Source of the DNA: Deltaproteobacteria bacterium | GTDB taxonomy: Bacteria > Myxococcota_A > Polyangia > Fen-1088 | NCBI GenBank assembly: GCA_033763315.1 | Contig: JANRKS010000038.1 | Coordinates: 1 to 63,694, forward strand | DNA length: 63,694 nucleotides | Direction: 5' to 3' | In this document: positions 1 through 10,113 of the stretch, piece by piece | How positions within the stretch are numbered: the first letter of the stretch is position 1 | Layout of the letters: each line of letters opens with the position of its first letter | The notes under the pieces: model-generated | Told to the model about the DNA's origin: nothing | Seen by the model: only the letters and a program-made list of their open reading frames with translations | The model's database searches: none | Program-made: the position numbers and the translations under genes

Positions 1-957
1 TCAGGAAAATCGAGTTTGGTGAGCCAAGTCCTGGTTGAATTGGTGGCCAAGCATCTGGGCAGCGAGGTCTCGATCGAAGACGAAGGCGTCGATGAGCTTG
101 AGCGCACGGTCATCGTCACGCGCGGTGGCCGCATCAGCCAGGGAATGGAACGAATCAAGCGCTTGGTGCAAGTGGATCAAAGGCCGATTGGCCGCACGCC
201 GCGATCGAATCTGGCAACGTACACGGGGCTCTTCGATGCCGTGCGTGCGTTGTTTGCGGCCACAAAGCAAGCGCGTGCGCGCAACTATGACGCCGGCCGG
301 TTTTCCTTCAACGTCGCCAAAGGGCGGTGTGAGACGTGTGAGGGTGAAGGCTCTGTTATGGTTGAGTTGCTGTTCCTGCCCAGCGTGTATGCGCCTTGCC
401 CCACGTGCGGGGGCGCCCGCTACAACGCCGAGACGCTGCAGATCCACTACCAAGGCCTTCACATCGCGGCCGTTTTGCGCCTGACCGTGGATGAAGCCTT
501 CAAGTTCTTTGCCGGTGCGCCGCAAGTGCAGCGATCGCTACAAGTGTTGCGTGAAGTGGGCCTCGGCTATCTGCGCCTCGGCCAACCTGCCACGGAGCTT
601 TCAGGCGGTGAAGCGCAACGAATCAAGCTGGCCACGGAGCTGCAACGACAACAAAAGGGCAACACGCTTTACGTGCTTGATGAGCCCACAACCGGCTTGC
701 ATCCGGCGGATGTGCAAAAGCTCATGACGCAGCTTCAGGGCCTTGTGGACGCAGGAAACACGGTGATCGCCATCGAACACGACATGACGGTGGCCTGCCA
801 AAGCGATTGGCTGATCGATATGGGCCCGGGTGCCGGTGAAGAAGGCGGGCTGGTGGTGGCGCAAGGCACGCCCGCGGAAGTGGCACACGCCACGGCGAGC
901 GTCACCGCGCCGTTTTTGCGCCGTGCCTTAGGTGATAAATTTAAGGCTGCTTGTTGA
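1..957 (+). CDS. uvrA: UvrA-family excinuclease ABC subunit A (class II-like), C-terminal part; truncated by window start
   Basis: [19 protein letters not shown], zinc finger [17 protein letters not shown] signature [12 protein letters not shown], Walker [12 protein letters not shown]. Confidence 0.93.
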   Translation, partial: SGKSSLVSQVLVELVAKHLGSEVSIEDEGVDELERTVIVTRGGRISQGMERIKRLVQVDQRPIGRTPRSNLATYTGLFDAVRALFAATKQARARNYDAGRFSFNVAKGRCETCEGEGSVMVELLFLPSVYAPCPTCGGARYNAETLQIHYQGLHIAAVLRLTVDEAFKFFAGAPQVQRSLQVLREVGLGYLRLGQPATELSGGEAQRIKLATELQRQQKGNTLYVLDEPTTGLHPADVQKLMTQLQGLVDAGNTVIAIEHDMTVACQSDWLIDMGPGAGEEGGLVVAQGTPAEVAHATASVTAPFLRRALGDKFKAAC

Positions 958-1804
958 GGTTGATCATTGGTGTGGCGCCGCCAGTGATTTGCGGCAAGTG
1001 GCCATCCCAGCGCATGATCTTGGTGTATTCCACCAAGGCAGGTGTAAGCGACTTTGAGATTTTGTCGTTGGAGTAAGCTTCGGCGTCGGCCTTCAGTTTT
1101 TGCGCCGTGGCTTCGCCTTCGGCTTGTGTGATCTTCTGCGTTGCAATGGCTTGCGTTTTACGCACCTCTTGCTCCGCGCGCTGCGCTTCTTGGCTCATCG
1201 CCACCTTCGCGTTGATCGCTTGGGTGACAGCGTCTGGCACGCGCGTTTCGTTGAGTGTGAACTGCGTGATGTTAAAGCCGTCGCCCATCAAGCGTTTCGT
1301 CAGGATGCCCTGGCCTTCGGCGCGCGCGATTTCACGTTTGTCTGAATAAAGTTGCTGGGCCGTGTATTTGGCAAATGTCTCTTGCAAGGCTTCACGAATG
1401 GTTTGCCGCATGAACGTGACCAAGATGTGATCGAGGTCGCGGCGAAATTTCTTGTAGATGTGCGGCACTTTTGACTCCTCCAGCGTCAGCGACATCGATA
1501 CATCAACGTTGATCGGCAAGCCCTCAGAAGACGTCACGGTGATCGAGTCGTCATGTGGCGAACCCTCCGTGCTGCCCTTTGTGAGCACAACGGTTTGCTG
1601 ATAGGTCGGGTATTTCGCGATGTCGGTGCAGGGCCCTTGCCAGTGATAGCCGATGCCCAAAGGCACATCATCGATGCCTCCGCCGGCGCACTTGTTGATC
1701 CGCACGCCCACGTGCCCAGGATCAACGTTCGTCACGAACACCAACGGGACAATGACCACGATGGCCAAAGCCACACCCACGCCAACGAGAACTTTCGGAT
1801 TCAT
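941..1804 (-). CDS. SPFH/prohibitin (band 7) family membrane protein
   Basis: N-terminal TM, VDPGHVGV, SSEGLPINVDVS, C-terminal coiled coil (AQRAEQE..AEGEA), KIMRWDGHLP. Confidence 0.9.
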   Translation of the reverse strand: MNPKVLVGVGVALAIVVIVPLVFVTNVDPGHVGVRINKCAGGGIDDVPLGIGYHWQGPCTDIAKYPTYQQTVVLTKGSTEGSPHDDSITVTSSEGLPINVDVSMSLTLEESKVPHIYKKFRRDLDHILVTFMRQTIREALQETFAKYTAQQLYSDKREIARAEGQGILTKRLMGDGFNITQFTLNETRVPDAVTQAINAKVAMSQEAQRAEQEVRKTQAIATQKITQAEGEATAQKLKADAEAYSNDKISKSLTPALVEYTKIMRWDGHLPQITGGATPMINLNKQP

Positions 1805-1813
1805 GCCGCTTCC

Positions 1814-2080
1814 TTATCGCACGCTTTGGCGCCAGCAGGCCCGGTGCCACCACGTGTTTGTTTTCTCATCAAAAATATCAAGCTCGGCCTGCACGGGCTT
1901 CTCGCAGATCACGCAAGTTTCCTCCGTGATAGTTTGCAGCTCTTGTTCAGCGTTGGCGGCGCCAAGCTTTTGCCGCCGTCTGCGTTCCCTTTGCGCAGAC
2001 GTCTTGGCAACGTAGCGAGCGAAGGCAAAGGCACTGCCAACAAAAGCTACACCCAACAAAACCAATTCAGCGGGATTCAC
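1814..2080 (-). CDS. small membrane-anchored protein with CxxC...HxxC putative zinc-binding motif
   Basis: GTG start, N-terminal hydrophobic helix, CVICEKP...WWHRAC; ends 9 bp before the SPFH start. Confidence 0.6.
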   Translation of the reverse strand: MNPAELVLLGVAFVGSAFAFARYVAKTSAQRERRRRQKLGAANAEQELQTITEETCVICEKPVQAELDIFDEKTNTWWHRACWRQSVR

Positions 2081-2274
2081 GGGATCTTTGGCACCTTGTG
2101 CGCGTTTGTTGCCAGAATGTACCACAAGCGTAAGCGGGTGGGCTGGCGGTGGCATGCAAAGGCTGCCGGATGCGGCTTGCCTGCCACAAGGAAACGTCGC
2201 GGCGGAAAGAACCGCATAAGGCAACGCGAAACATCGTTGTCTGCTAGATAGCGGTGTCGTTTTGGGAGGGGTTG

Positions 2275-2802
2275 ATGAAGCAGCTTCTTGTTCCAGTTGG
2301 CGCACACGATCATGCCCGGGGGCCCGTGGACGCACACGTGACGATTGTGCAGTACGGGGATTACGATTGCCCCCACACACGTTTATCGAACCGCATTCTT
2401 GTGCAGTTGCTGCCCAACTTGCCTGTTTCGTGTCGTTTCATATATCGGCACTTTCCCTTGCGCCACCTGCACGCGAACGCACAACTGTTCGCGGAACTTG
2501 CTGAAGCCGCCGCCGATCAAGGGAGGTTCTGGCCGTTTCACGATCGCGTGATGAGCCACTCGCGCGCGCCGGATGAGGCTGAGTTGCGAGCGGATTTGCA
2601 TGCGGCGGACCTTGATTTGGATGGGCTGGCAAGAGCGATCACGCTCAAGGTGCGTGCGCGGGTTGAAGACGATCTGCAAGGCGGTAAAGCTGCGGGCGTG
2701 CACAGCACCCCCACATTCTTCTTCAATGGCGTTCTGCATGAGGGGCACTACGACCCTGCCACCGTGCGCGGCTTGATCGACGCGGCAGCCAATCGTTTGT
2801 GA
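2275..2802 (+). CDS. DsbA-like thioredoxin-fold protein (Thioredoxin_4 type) with CxxT instead of CxxC
   Basis: DHARGPVDAHVTIVQYGDYDCPHT, YRHFPL, GVHSTPTFFFNG. Confidence 0.85.
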   Translation: MKQLLVPVGAHDHARGPVDAHVTIVQYGDYDCPHTRLSNRILVQLLPNLPVSCRFIYRHFPLRHLHANAQLFAELAEAAADQGRFWPFHDRVMSHSRAPDEAELRADLHAADLDLDGLARAITLKVRARVEDDLQGGKAAGVHSTPTFFFNGVLHEGHYDPATVRGLIDAAANRL

Positions 2803-4778
2803 CGGAGCTTTACTTCATGAACCACCAAGAGCCCGAGATCGTTGTGAATCACCGTGAACAACTCGCGTACTTGCTCAGCGAGGCCGCCGAGATCGAACAT
2901 GGTTTGATGTGCTGCTACCTTTACGCGTCGTTCAGCCTAAAGCGGCACATTGACGAGGGCGTGACAGCTTTGGAGCTGGAGGCGATCAACCGGTGGCGCA
3001 TCACTTTGAATGAAGTGGCCCGCGAGGAAATGGTGCACCTGGCTTTGGTTAGCAATTTGTGCACGGCGATCGGCATGGCGCCCCACTTGATGCGTCCGAA
3101 TTTGCCGGTGGCCAGCGGCTATCACCCCTCAGGCATTTTTTTATCGTTGTCGCGGCTTGATGAAGCCACCATTGATCACTTTGTTTATATGGAGCGCCCT
3201 GAGGGCGTGCAGCTGCCGGATGGCGAAGGGTATGCAAAGGGTGATTACGAACGCCCGACCTTGCCGGGCCGTTTGATGCCGAACGCGCAGGACTATGCCA
3301 CCGTGGGGCACCTTTACCGGGGCATCTTGGACGGCTGCCGATCGCTTTGCGCAACGTTAGGTGAGCAGAAGTTATTCTGTGGCGATCCGCGCGGGCAGGT
3401 GGATCAAAAGATTTTCGCATTGGACGGTCTATTCGCCATCACGGATCTAGCTTCGGCTGAACGGGCGATTCAACTCATCTTGACCCAAGGCGAAGGCGCC
3501 AGCGTGTCGTCATCGGCGGGCCATTACGCGCGTTTTGTGCAGCTGCAAAGGGAGTATCAGGAATTGCGGAAAGCGCGGCCTGATTTCGATCCCGCGCGTC
3601 CTGTGGCCCGCAACCCGGTGATGCGTAAACCGCCGTCCCCCGAGGATCGCGTTTACATCGATGACGCGGCTGCGGCTCGCGTCCTGGACTTTGCGAACGC
3701 GCTTTACACAATGATCGTGCGATTGCTCGGCCGCGTGTTTGGCACAGTGGAGGAATCAGAGGCGGAGCGCCGCATGCTTGCAGGCCTCACGGTGGATCTC
3801 ATGCACGCCATGACAGTCACTTCCAACGTGCTGACCAAGATGCCAGCTGGCGCCGCTCACCCGGGCGTGCGCGCTGGCATTACGTTTGCCATCTCGCGCT
3901 CGCTTGACACTTTGCCTCAACACGAAGCCGCTCGCCGGCTGTTCTGTGAGCGCGCGCATGAGTTGACAGCGCGGTGTGAGTTGCTGGCAACTGAAGTGTC
4001 TGCCGACTTGGCGCCGGTGGCCGATCGTTTGCGACGGTTGCGCGATCGATTGTCGGCATCGCCGGTGAGCGCACCTGTGCCGCAACAAATCTCCACACAG
4101 ATCTCCTTGCCGATCACGGCAGAGCCCACCGTCAAAGGTGAAGACGGCATCGAACGCGTGACTGGCAAACGGATAACCTTGGCATTCGAGGCCAAACGCT
4201 GCATTCACTCTCGCCATTGTGTGCTCAACGGGCCCGACGTGTTCCTTGCGAATGTGCCAGGGGCGTGGATCCATCCTGACGCCGCGTCGGCAGACACCGT
4301 GGTGGCGATCGCACAAATGTGCCCCTCGGGGGCCATCACGTATGAACGCACAGATGGTGAGCCAAATGAACGTGTTCCGCTCGTGAATGTGGCTCGCGTG
4401 CGCGAAAATGGACCTTATGCTTTCACGGCGGATCTGCAACTTGATGGACGTGAACCCATGATTCGCGCCACCTTGTGCCGCTGCGGCGCTTCGCAGAACA
4501 AACCTTTTTGCGACGGCTCACACAATGGCATCAAGTTCAGCGCCACGGGTGAGCCGGCCACGATATCAACTGAGCCGTTGGCCGAGCGAGGTGGTGCCCT
4601 GGCGGTGAGCCCGCAGCCCAACGGGCCCTTGTTTGTGACGGGCAACCTTGAGATCTGCGCAGGCACAGGTCGCATCCTTCACCGTGTCACCAGCGCGAAG
4701 TTGTGTCGATGTGGTGGCTCGGCCAAAAAGCCGTTCTGTGATGGGACCCATGCGCGCATCGGGTTCGAGGCAGATTAG
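2799..4778 (+). CDS. ferritin-like domain fused to divergent 4Fe-4S (Fer4_19-like) and two CDGSH 2Fe-2S domains
   Basis: AAEIEHGLMCCYLYA and EEMVHL (ferritin-like); CIHSRHC...CPSGA; LCRCGASQNKPFCDGSH and LCRCGGSAKKPFCDGTH; GTGA overlap with the upstream gene. Confidence 0.85.
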   Translation: MTELYFMNHQEPEIVVNHREQLAYLLSEAAEIEHGLMCCYLYASFSLKRHIDEGVTALELEAINRWRITLNEVAREEMVHLALVSNLCTAIGMAPHLMRPNLPVASGYHPSGIFLSLSRLDEATIDHFVYMERPEGVQLPDGEGYAKGDYERPTLPGRLMPNAQDYATVGHLYRGILDGCRSLCATLGEQKLFCGDPRGQVDQKIFALDGLFAITDLASAERAIQLILTQGEGASVSSSAGHYARFVQLQREYQELRKARPDFDPARPVARNPVMRKPPSPEDRVYIDDAAAARVLDFANALYTMIVRLLGRVFGTVEESEAERRMLAGLTVDLMHAMTVTSNVLTKMPAGAAHPGVRAGITFAISRSLDTLPQHEAARRLFCERAHELTARCELLATEVSADLAPVADRLRRLRDRLSASPVSAPVPQQISTQISLPITAEPTVKGEDGIERVTGKRITLAFEAKRCIHSRHCVLNGPDVFLANVPGAWIHPDAASADTVVAIAQMCPSGAITYERTDGEPNERVPLVNVARVRENGPYAFTADLQLDGREPMIRATLCRCGASQNKPFCDGSHNGIKFSATGEPATISTEPLAERGGALAVSPQPNGPLFVTGNLEICAGTGRILHRVTSAKLCRCGGSAKKPFCDGTHARIGFEAD

Positions 4779-4926
4779 CCGTGGTCCCCTAGCGTTGCGC
4801 AGGCGTCGATCGTGACGTGCCGTCGGCGTTTGTCACAGGAGTGGAACGGTTGTGCGTTTACGCCCTTGTTTCGGCCGCGATCAGCGTTGGTACGCGATGT
4901 GAATAGTCACGTTGCGGAGGATCAAA

Positions 4927-5415
4927 ATGCCGAATTCAAACGCAATGGATAAAGACACGAAAGAAGCTGTGGGTACGGGCGCGGGGGCGTTGGCAGGCGC
5001 GGCCGCGGGTGCAGCTTTGGGCACTGCGATCCCCGGGGTGGGCAACGTGGTGGGTGCTGTGATTGGTGGGGCTGTTGGTTTGGCGGGTGGGGCCGTAGCT
5101 GGAAGGGCGATTGCTGATTCCATCGACCCTAAGGTCGAAAATGAATATTGGAGCGAGAACTATGCCTCGCGACCTTACTCGAAAGACACGAGCTACGACG
5201 ATCTGGGGCCCGCTTATCAATATGGCTGGGAAACGCGGGGACAACACCCGGTAAGCAAGCGCTTCGACGATGTTGAATCGGACTTGAGCCGCAACTGGGA
5301 CAACAAGCGAGGCAACTCGCGCTTGAGCTGGGATCGCGCCAAACAAGCCACGCGTGACGCTTGGGATCGCATCGAGCGGAAGTTGCCTGGCGATTTCGAC
5401 GGCGACGGCAAATAA
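4927..5415 (+). CDS. glycine-zipper-containing conserved hypothetical protein
   Basis: GGAGG upstream; GAGALAGAAAGAALG..GAVIGGAVG; PAYQYGWE, LSWDRAKQATRDAW. Confidence 0.75.
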   Translation: MPNSNAMDKDTKEAVGTGAGALAGAAAGAALGTAIPGVGNVVGAVIGGAVGLAGGAVAGRAIADSIDPKVENEYWSENYASRPYSKDTSYDDLGPAYQYGWETRGQHPVSKRFDDVESDLSRNWDNKRGNSRLSWDRAKQATRDAWDRIERKLPGDFDGDGK

Positions 5416-5476
5416 GGCGAGAGCAAAAAACTGTTTGTGGCGGCGGCGTGCAGCGCGCCTACCTGCCCTGAACGCC

Positions 5477-5508
5477 GGGCGGCCCTGTGTTGATTCACGG
5501 GGTCGCCC
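5477..5508. terminator. GC-rich hairpin between convergent genes
   Basis: GGGCGGCCCTGTG-TTGATT-CACGGGGTCGCCC 13-bp stem with two G-U pairs; no clear U tract. Confidence 0.35.
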
Positions 5509-5546
5509 GCTGCACATGCGCTTGCACAGACTAGCGGAACCAACAG

Positions 5547-6842
5547 TCACATCACCGTTGGTGCAGCCTTCATGCGGCGTTGAAGGCGATAAGCCACGAG
5601 GCCCGCCACCAACGTGGCGCCGCTGATCACGCTTTCGAATGGCTTGCGGTAGATGGTGAACGCCACCATCCACGCCACCAACAGCAAAAACACCACTGGC
5701 ACGAAGGGCCAACCAACAACTTTGAGGCCAGGCTGCTTCTGCTTGAGACGGAACAGGCCAAACACAGTGGCTGCGTTGCTGAGGCCTAGTAACACACCGA
5801 TGTATGTCAGCAAGTGTTCATAGGTTGCTGTGGTGGCTAAGGCGACCGACAGCAACAAAATGAGTGTGATGGCGTGCCGTGGCGGTTGCCCAGGCGGCGG
5901 TGCGAGCCATGGCGGCAGATATGCGTCTTGCGCCATGCGACCCACCACGCGCGGGCCTGTGAACGTCAACGCTGAGATGCTGGCAGCCAAGGCCAACGCC
6001 ACAAGTGCCGACACCAGCGTTCCAAGCGCGGGGCCGCCCCACATGATCGCGGCGATTTTGCCCACTTCCAGTTTGCCCGCCATCAATGCGGGATCACCGG
6101 CGCGCACGAACGCCGTGTTGAGCAACAAATAAAGCAAGGTTGTGAAGCCGGTGCCCAGCAGCAGCGCGCGCGGCAATGTTTTCTCGGGGTTTTTCACTTC
6201 GCCGCCGATGTAGACGCCTGCGTTCCAACCCGCGTAGCTAAATGAAACCCACACCAACGACACAGCGAAGTCGGCGATGGGAAACGACACTGGTTGCGCG
6301 GTGAGGGTGGTGCCAAGCGGCACTTGCGCCTGGCACAGGCCAAACACCGCCAGTGAGACGATCAAGATCAGCTCACACACCACAACCCATGCGTGCACGC
6401 GGGAGCCATGACGGTGCGAAACAGCGTGCAACAATGCCGCCGCGCAAAGGATCAATACAGTTGTGATTGTGGGCGGAAAGCCCGCAGGCAAAAACGGCGA
6501 CGCGTATTTGCCGAAGGCGATGGCAGCCGAAGCCAGTGGCGCCGCGAAGCCCGCCGTCAACGACATCCACCCCGCCAGATAGCCAGCGGCGGGGTGAACC
6601 GTGCGCGAGAGAAACACGTACTCGCCGCCGCTTTCGGGAATCGTGCTGGCCAGGGCGCCGTAGCAAAGCGCGCCGCACGCCGCGAGCACGCCACCCGCAA
6701 GCCACGCCAGCAGCACCCACAAGCCTGAACGCAAGTCGGCCAGCAAAAAACCAGTGGTGGTGAACACGCCTGTGCCCACCATGCTGGCCACAACAAGGGC
6801 CGTGGTCGCGAACAACCCTAAGTGGCGGGTAGGGGTAGACAC
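5547..6842 (-). CDS. APC family amino acid permease
   Basis: VVASMVGTGVF, PESGGEYVFL, FSYAGWN, GEVKNPEKTLPRAL; about 12 TM helices; start estimated. Confidence 0.92.
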   Translation of the reverse strand: MSTPTRHLGLFATTALVVASMVGTGVFTTTGFLLADLRSGLWVLLAWLAGGVLAACGALCYGALASTIPESGGEYVFLSRTVHPAAGYLAGWMSLTAGFAAPLASAAIAFGKYASPFLPAGFPPTITTVLILCAAALLHAVSHRHGSRVHAWVVVCELILIVSLAVFGLCQAQVPLGTTLTAQPVSFPIADFAVSLVWVSFSYAGWNAGVYIGGEVKNPEKTLPRALLLGTGFTTLLYLLLNTAFVRAGDPALMAGKLEVGKIAAIMWGGPALGTLVSALVALALAASISALTFTGPRVVGRMAQDAYLPPWLAPPPGQPPRHAITLILLLSVALATTATYEHLLTYIGVLLGLSNAATVFGLFRLKQKQPGLKVVGWPFVPVVFLLLVAWMVAFTIYRKPFESVISGATLVAGLVAYRLQRRMKAAPTVM

Positions 6843-6964
6843 GCCGCCAACGATATCAGCTGCACATCTGATGGGGCGGCGGGGAATTGTTGCGGGCACG
6901 AAAAACGGGCGTCGCGTTATTTTGCTGAGAGGCCCATCTGGGTTATTGTGCTTCTTTCAGGATC

Positions 6965-8884
6965 TTGATGAGCCGCATCACCGATACGTTCCCGGTTGAA
7001 GATCTGAATGAGGCCCTGCGCAGCGCAGGCGTCGGCGTCTGGAGCTGGGACATTGCCACCAATGTGATTCGTTGGTCGGACGTTACCCACCGCATTTATG
7101 ACGTCACGCCCGAACAGTTCACGGGTGAGTATGCATCCTTCGCAGCCCGCATCCATCCCGACGATCGGCAGCGCGTGGAGCAAACCATTGCCGACGCCGT
7201 GAGGGGGTTGCGCCAAGATTACACGATCGAGCATCGTCTGATTCTGCCAGCCAACGACGTGAGGTGGGTTGAAGGGCGGGGGCGCGTGGTGTCCGATCAG
7301 CAAGGGCGTCCCTTGCGAATGATTGGCACCGTTGTTGACATCACCGCACGCAAGGCAAGCGAAGAGGAACTGCGCAAAGGTGAAGAGCGGTTGCGCTTGT
7401 TCACCACGCACGCCACGGATTACGTATACGAAGTGCGCGGGGAGGAGCACGTGCCTCACGTGGTGGCGGGATCGTTTGAGCGCACCACCGGCCTCACAAT
7501 TGCGGACGTGCGCGCGCGCGGTGGTTGGATGCAGGTTGTGCATGCAGAAGACCGAGAGCGGCTGCTTGGTCTGTTGGACGAGATCAGGCGTGGCCGCAGC
7601 CTCTTGAACGAGTACCGCATCATCGATGGCGCAGGCCGCACAAGATGGCTACGCGATCGGATCGTGCCGGTGTTAAGCGAAAACGGCGCCCTCGAAGGCG
7701 TGGTGGGTGGCGTCTCAGACATCACTGAACAGCACGCTCTGCAAGAGCGCTTGGTAGAGGCGCAACGGCTTGAAGCGTTGGGGCGGTTGGCCGCCGGTGT
7801 GGCACACGACTTCAACAATTTGCTCACCGTCTTGATGGCTGAGTCGTCGTTTTTGCAAGAGCCCAACGTGACAGACGAGATCAAGCAAACAAGCCTGCAG
7901 GCGATCAGTCTCACGCTTGAACGCGCCACCAATTTGACCTCGTCGCTGTTGGCGTTTGGTCGCAAGAACGTACGTCCCGTGGCTGTGCTTGATTTTGTGT
8001 CGTTGCTGCACAAATCGCACACGATGTTAAGCCGAGCCGCCGGCGAACGTCTGGATGTCAGTGTGCGCTGTGAAGAGCGCCAACTGCCCGTGGTGGCCGA
8101 GCCAAGCGACGTGCAGCTGGTGCTGCTGCACTTGATCCTGAACGCCCGCGAGGCGATGCCGAGAGGCGGGCGCGTGGTGTTGTCGCTGCAGGCGGTGACG
8201 CTGTCGCTGGAGGATCCCGAACGCCCGTCGTCGTTGCCGCCTGGCACATACGCGCGCCTCGTGGTGCGCGACGAGGGGCCTGGCATTGATCGCGAGGCGC
8301 TTTGCCATATCTTTGAGCCGTATTTTACGACCAAAGGGCACGGTGGCACCGGGCTGGGGTTGCCCACGTCGTTGGGCATCGTGCAGCGCTACGGTGGCTT
8401 GCTGCGGCTCAAAGAGACCTCGGCGCGTGGCAGTCTCTTCGAGGTTCTTTTGCCGGTGTCCGATCAACCATTCGCCAGAGCCGCTGTGCCCCCAAGCCGG
8501 GCCCAATTGGAGGGCACTGAACACATCTTGCTTGTCGAAGACGATGGACCGGTTCGGTCCGTTCTGTCCCGCTTGCTGCAAGACCGCGGCTACCACGTGA
8601 CCGCCGTGGCTTCAACCGAGCAGGCGCTTGCCCTAGGCGATGCATTGGCGAACGTGCAAGTTCTGCTCACCGACGTCCGCTTGCCGGGCCAAAGCGGGCT
8701 TGATTTGGCGGCACACCTGCGGCGGCTTTACCCGCGGCTGCCGGTGCTGGCGATGTCGGGGCACGTGGAGGATCCCGAACAACAGGCGCAACTAACGCAG
8801 GGGCGGTATCCCTTCATTGCCAAGCCGTTTTCCAACCAAGCGCTGTTGCTGCGTTTGCGTGAGGTTTTGGATCGCGGCGTGTAA
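6965..8884 (+). CDS. PAS-PAS hybrid sensor histidine kinase with receiver domain
   Basis: two PAS/PAC domains, AHDFNNLL H-box, FEPYFTTK..GTGLGL, receiver LLVEDD..LTDVRLP..KP. Confidence 0.95.
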   Translation: MMSRITDTFPVEDLNEALRSAGVGVWSWDIATNVIRWSDVTHRIYDVTPEQFTGEYASFAARIHPDDRQRVEQTIADAVRGLRQDYTIEHRLILPANDVRWVEGRGRVVSDQQGRPLRMIGTVVDITARKASEEELRKGEERLRLFTTHATDYVYEVRGEEHVPHVVAGSFERTTGLTIADVRARGGWMQVVHAEDRERLLGLLDEIRRGRSLLNEYRIIDGAGRTRWLRDRIVPVLSENGALEGVVGGVSDITEQHALQERLVEAQRLEALGRLAAGVAHDFNNLLTVLMAESSFLQEPNVTDEIKQTSLQAISLTLERATNLTSSLLAFGRKNVRPVAVLDFVSLLHKSHTMLSRAAGERLDVSVRCEERQLPVVAEPSDVQLVLLHLILNAREAMPRGGRVVLSLQAVTLSLEDPERPSSLPPGTYARLVVRDEGPGIDREALCHIFEPYFTTKGHGGTGLGLPTSLGIVQRYGGLLRLKETSARGSLFEVLLPVSDQPFARAAVPPSRAQLEGTEHILLVEDDGPVRSVLSRLLQDRGYHVTAVASTEQALALGDALANVQVLLTDVRLPGQSGLDLAAHLRRLYPRLPVLAMSGHVEDPEQQAQLTQGRYPFIAKPFSNQALLLRLREVLDRGV

Positions 8885-8931
8885 GTTCGGATTGCAACGC
8901 CCGCATGGTTGCGCCTAAATGCGTGACAGCT

Positions 8932-10113
8932 ATGAATCTGCGGCGTTTGATCTTGATGTGTGGTTTTGCGTTGGGCGTGGCTTGCATGCTTTGCCCAAAT
9001 CCAACGGCGGGCGCCACGGCGTCCGATGCCTACGATTTAGGAGCTGACGCTTTGGCCGTCTCGCGCCTCATCAACTGCACGAAGGAACCCGCCGCGCTTG
9101 CCGTCTCGAAGGGCGTGCATGCAGGGTACTGCGCGCGTCTGTCGGGTGTCTCGGCGCGGTTTTTGAAGCGCTTTTCGCAACGAGAAAAACCGCTGCTCAC
9201 ACAGGTGGTGCCGCAAGATCTGGACCTGCCTGTTGTCTACCCGTTCGGTGGGGGCGATCTGCTGACGGCGCTTGGCACCTATCCGAACGCCAAAGAGATC
9301 ACAACGCTGTCGTTGGAAGTTTCAGGCGATGTACGAGCGGCGTCGCGGGTCAAGCCAGAGGCTTTGGAAGCTGCCTTGATCCAAGCGGGCGACAACCTGC
9401 GCCGCCTGGTGGCCGTGGAACATTCCAAGACCACCAACTTGTCCAGCATGTCGCATTCGCCTCTGCCCGCGGAGATCGTGTTTTCGTTGTATGCGATCTC
9501 GCTGTGGGGATTCGAGACCACCGGTTTTCGGTACTTCGATATTGCGCCCGACGGATCGCTTGACTACTGGAACAAGAGCGACCTTGATAAACGCGAGGCG
9601 GAGGCCAACGCCGCGGCGGCGCGCGGGCACTTGCGATCCACCTTTTTTCCTAACATCGAAGTGCAATTCAAACGCCCGGGTGAAACCACCACGCGTGTGT
9701 TCCGCCACATCGCTGCCGACCTCTCGGACGAGCGCCTCAAAAAGGACAGCCGCGTGCTTCTGCACTTGCGCGCCAAGCAGAAGGTGTTGGCGATGACGAA
9801 GGCCGCCAGCTACCTTTTGTGGTGGGGAACATTCTCGATGATCCGCCAATGTTTGGCAGACACCGCGGTGTTTATGATCTCAGACAGCACAGGGTTTGCA
9901 CCGGGATACGCCAAGGCACAGGGCTTCAGCCAAACCACGTACGGACAGTTTCATGGATCGTTCTTGCACGAAGCGAATGAATACATCGCACAGTCGTTCA
10001 TCGAAATGTGGCGCACGCAACCGCAACGTCCCCTGCCGTTCCGTTATGGGTATCCCGATCGAGATGGCCATGGGCACATGTTGGTGACCAAGCGTGAAAC
10101 AACGAAGCCTTAG
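8932..10113 (+). CDS. secreted conserved hypothetical protein
   Basis: signal-peptide-like N-terminus; motifs VYPFGGGD, TKAASYLL, PFRYGYP; long ORF with genome-typical codon use. Confidence 0.7.
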   Translation: MNLRRLILMCGFALGVACMLCPNPTAGATASDAYDLGADALAVSRLINCTKEPAALAVSKGVHAGYCARLSGVSARFLKRFSQREKPLLTQVVPQDLDLPVVYPFGGGDLLTALGTYPNAKEITTLSLEVSGDVRAASRVKPEALEAALIQAGDNLRRLVAVEHSKTTNLSSMSHSPLPAEIVFSLYAISLWGFETTGFRYFDIAPDGSLDYWNKSDLDKREAEANAAAARGHLRSTFFPNIEVQFKRPGETTTRVFRHIAADLSDERLKKDSRVLLHLRAKQKVLAMTKAASYLLWWGTFSMIRQCLADTAVFMISDSTGFAPGYAKAQGFSQTTYGQFHGSFLHEANEYIAQSFIEMWRTQPQRPLPFRYGYPDRDGHGHMLVTKRETTKP

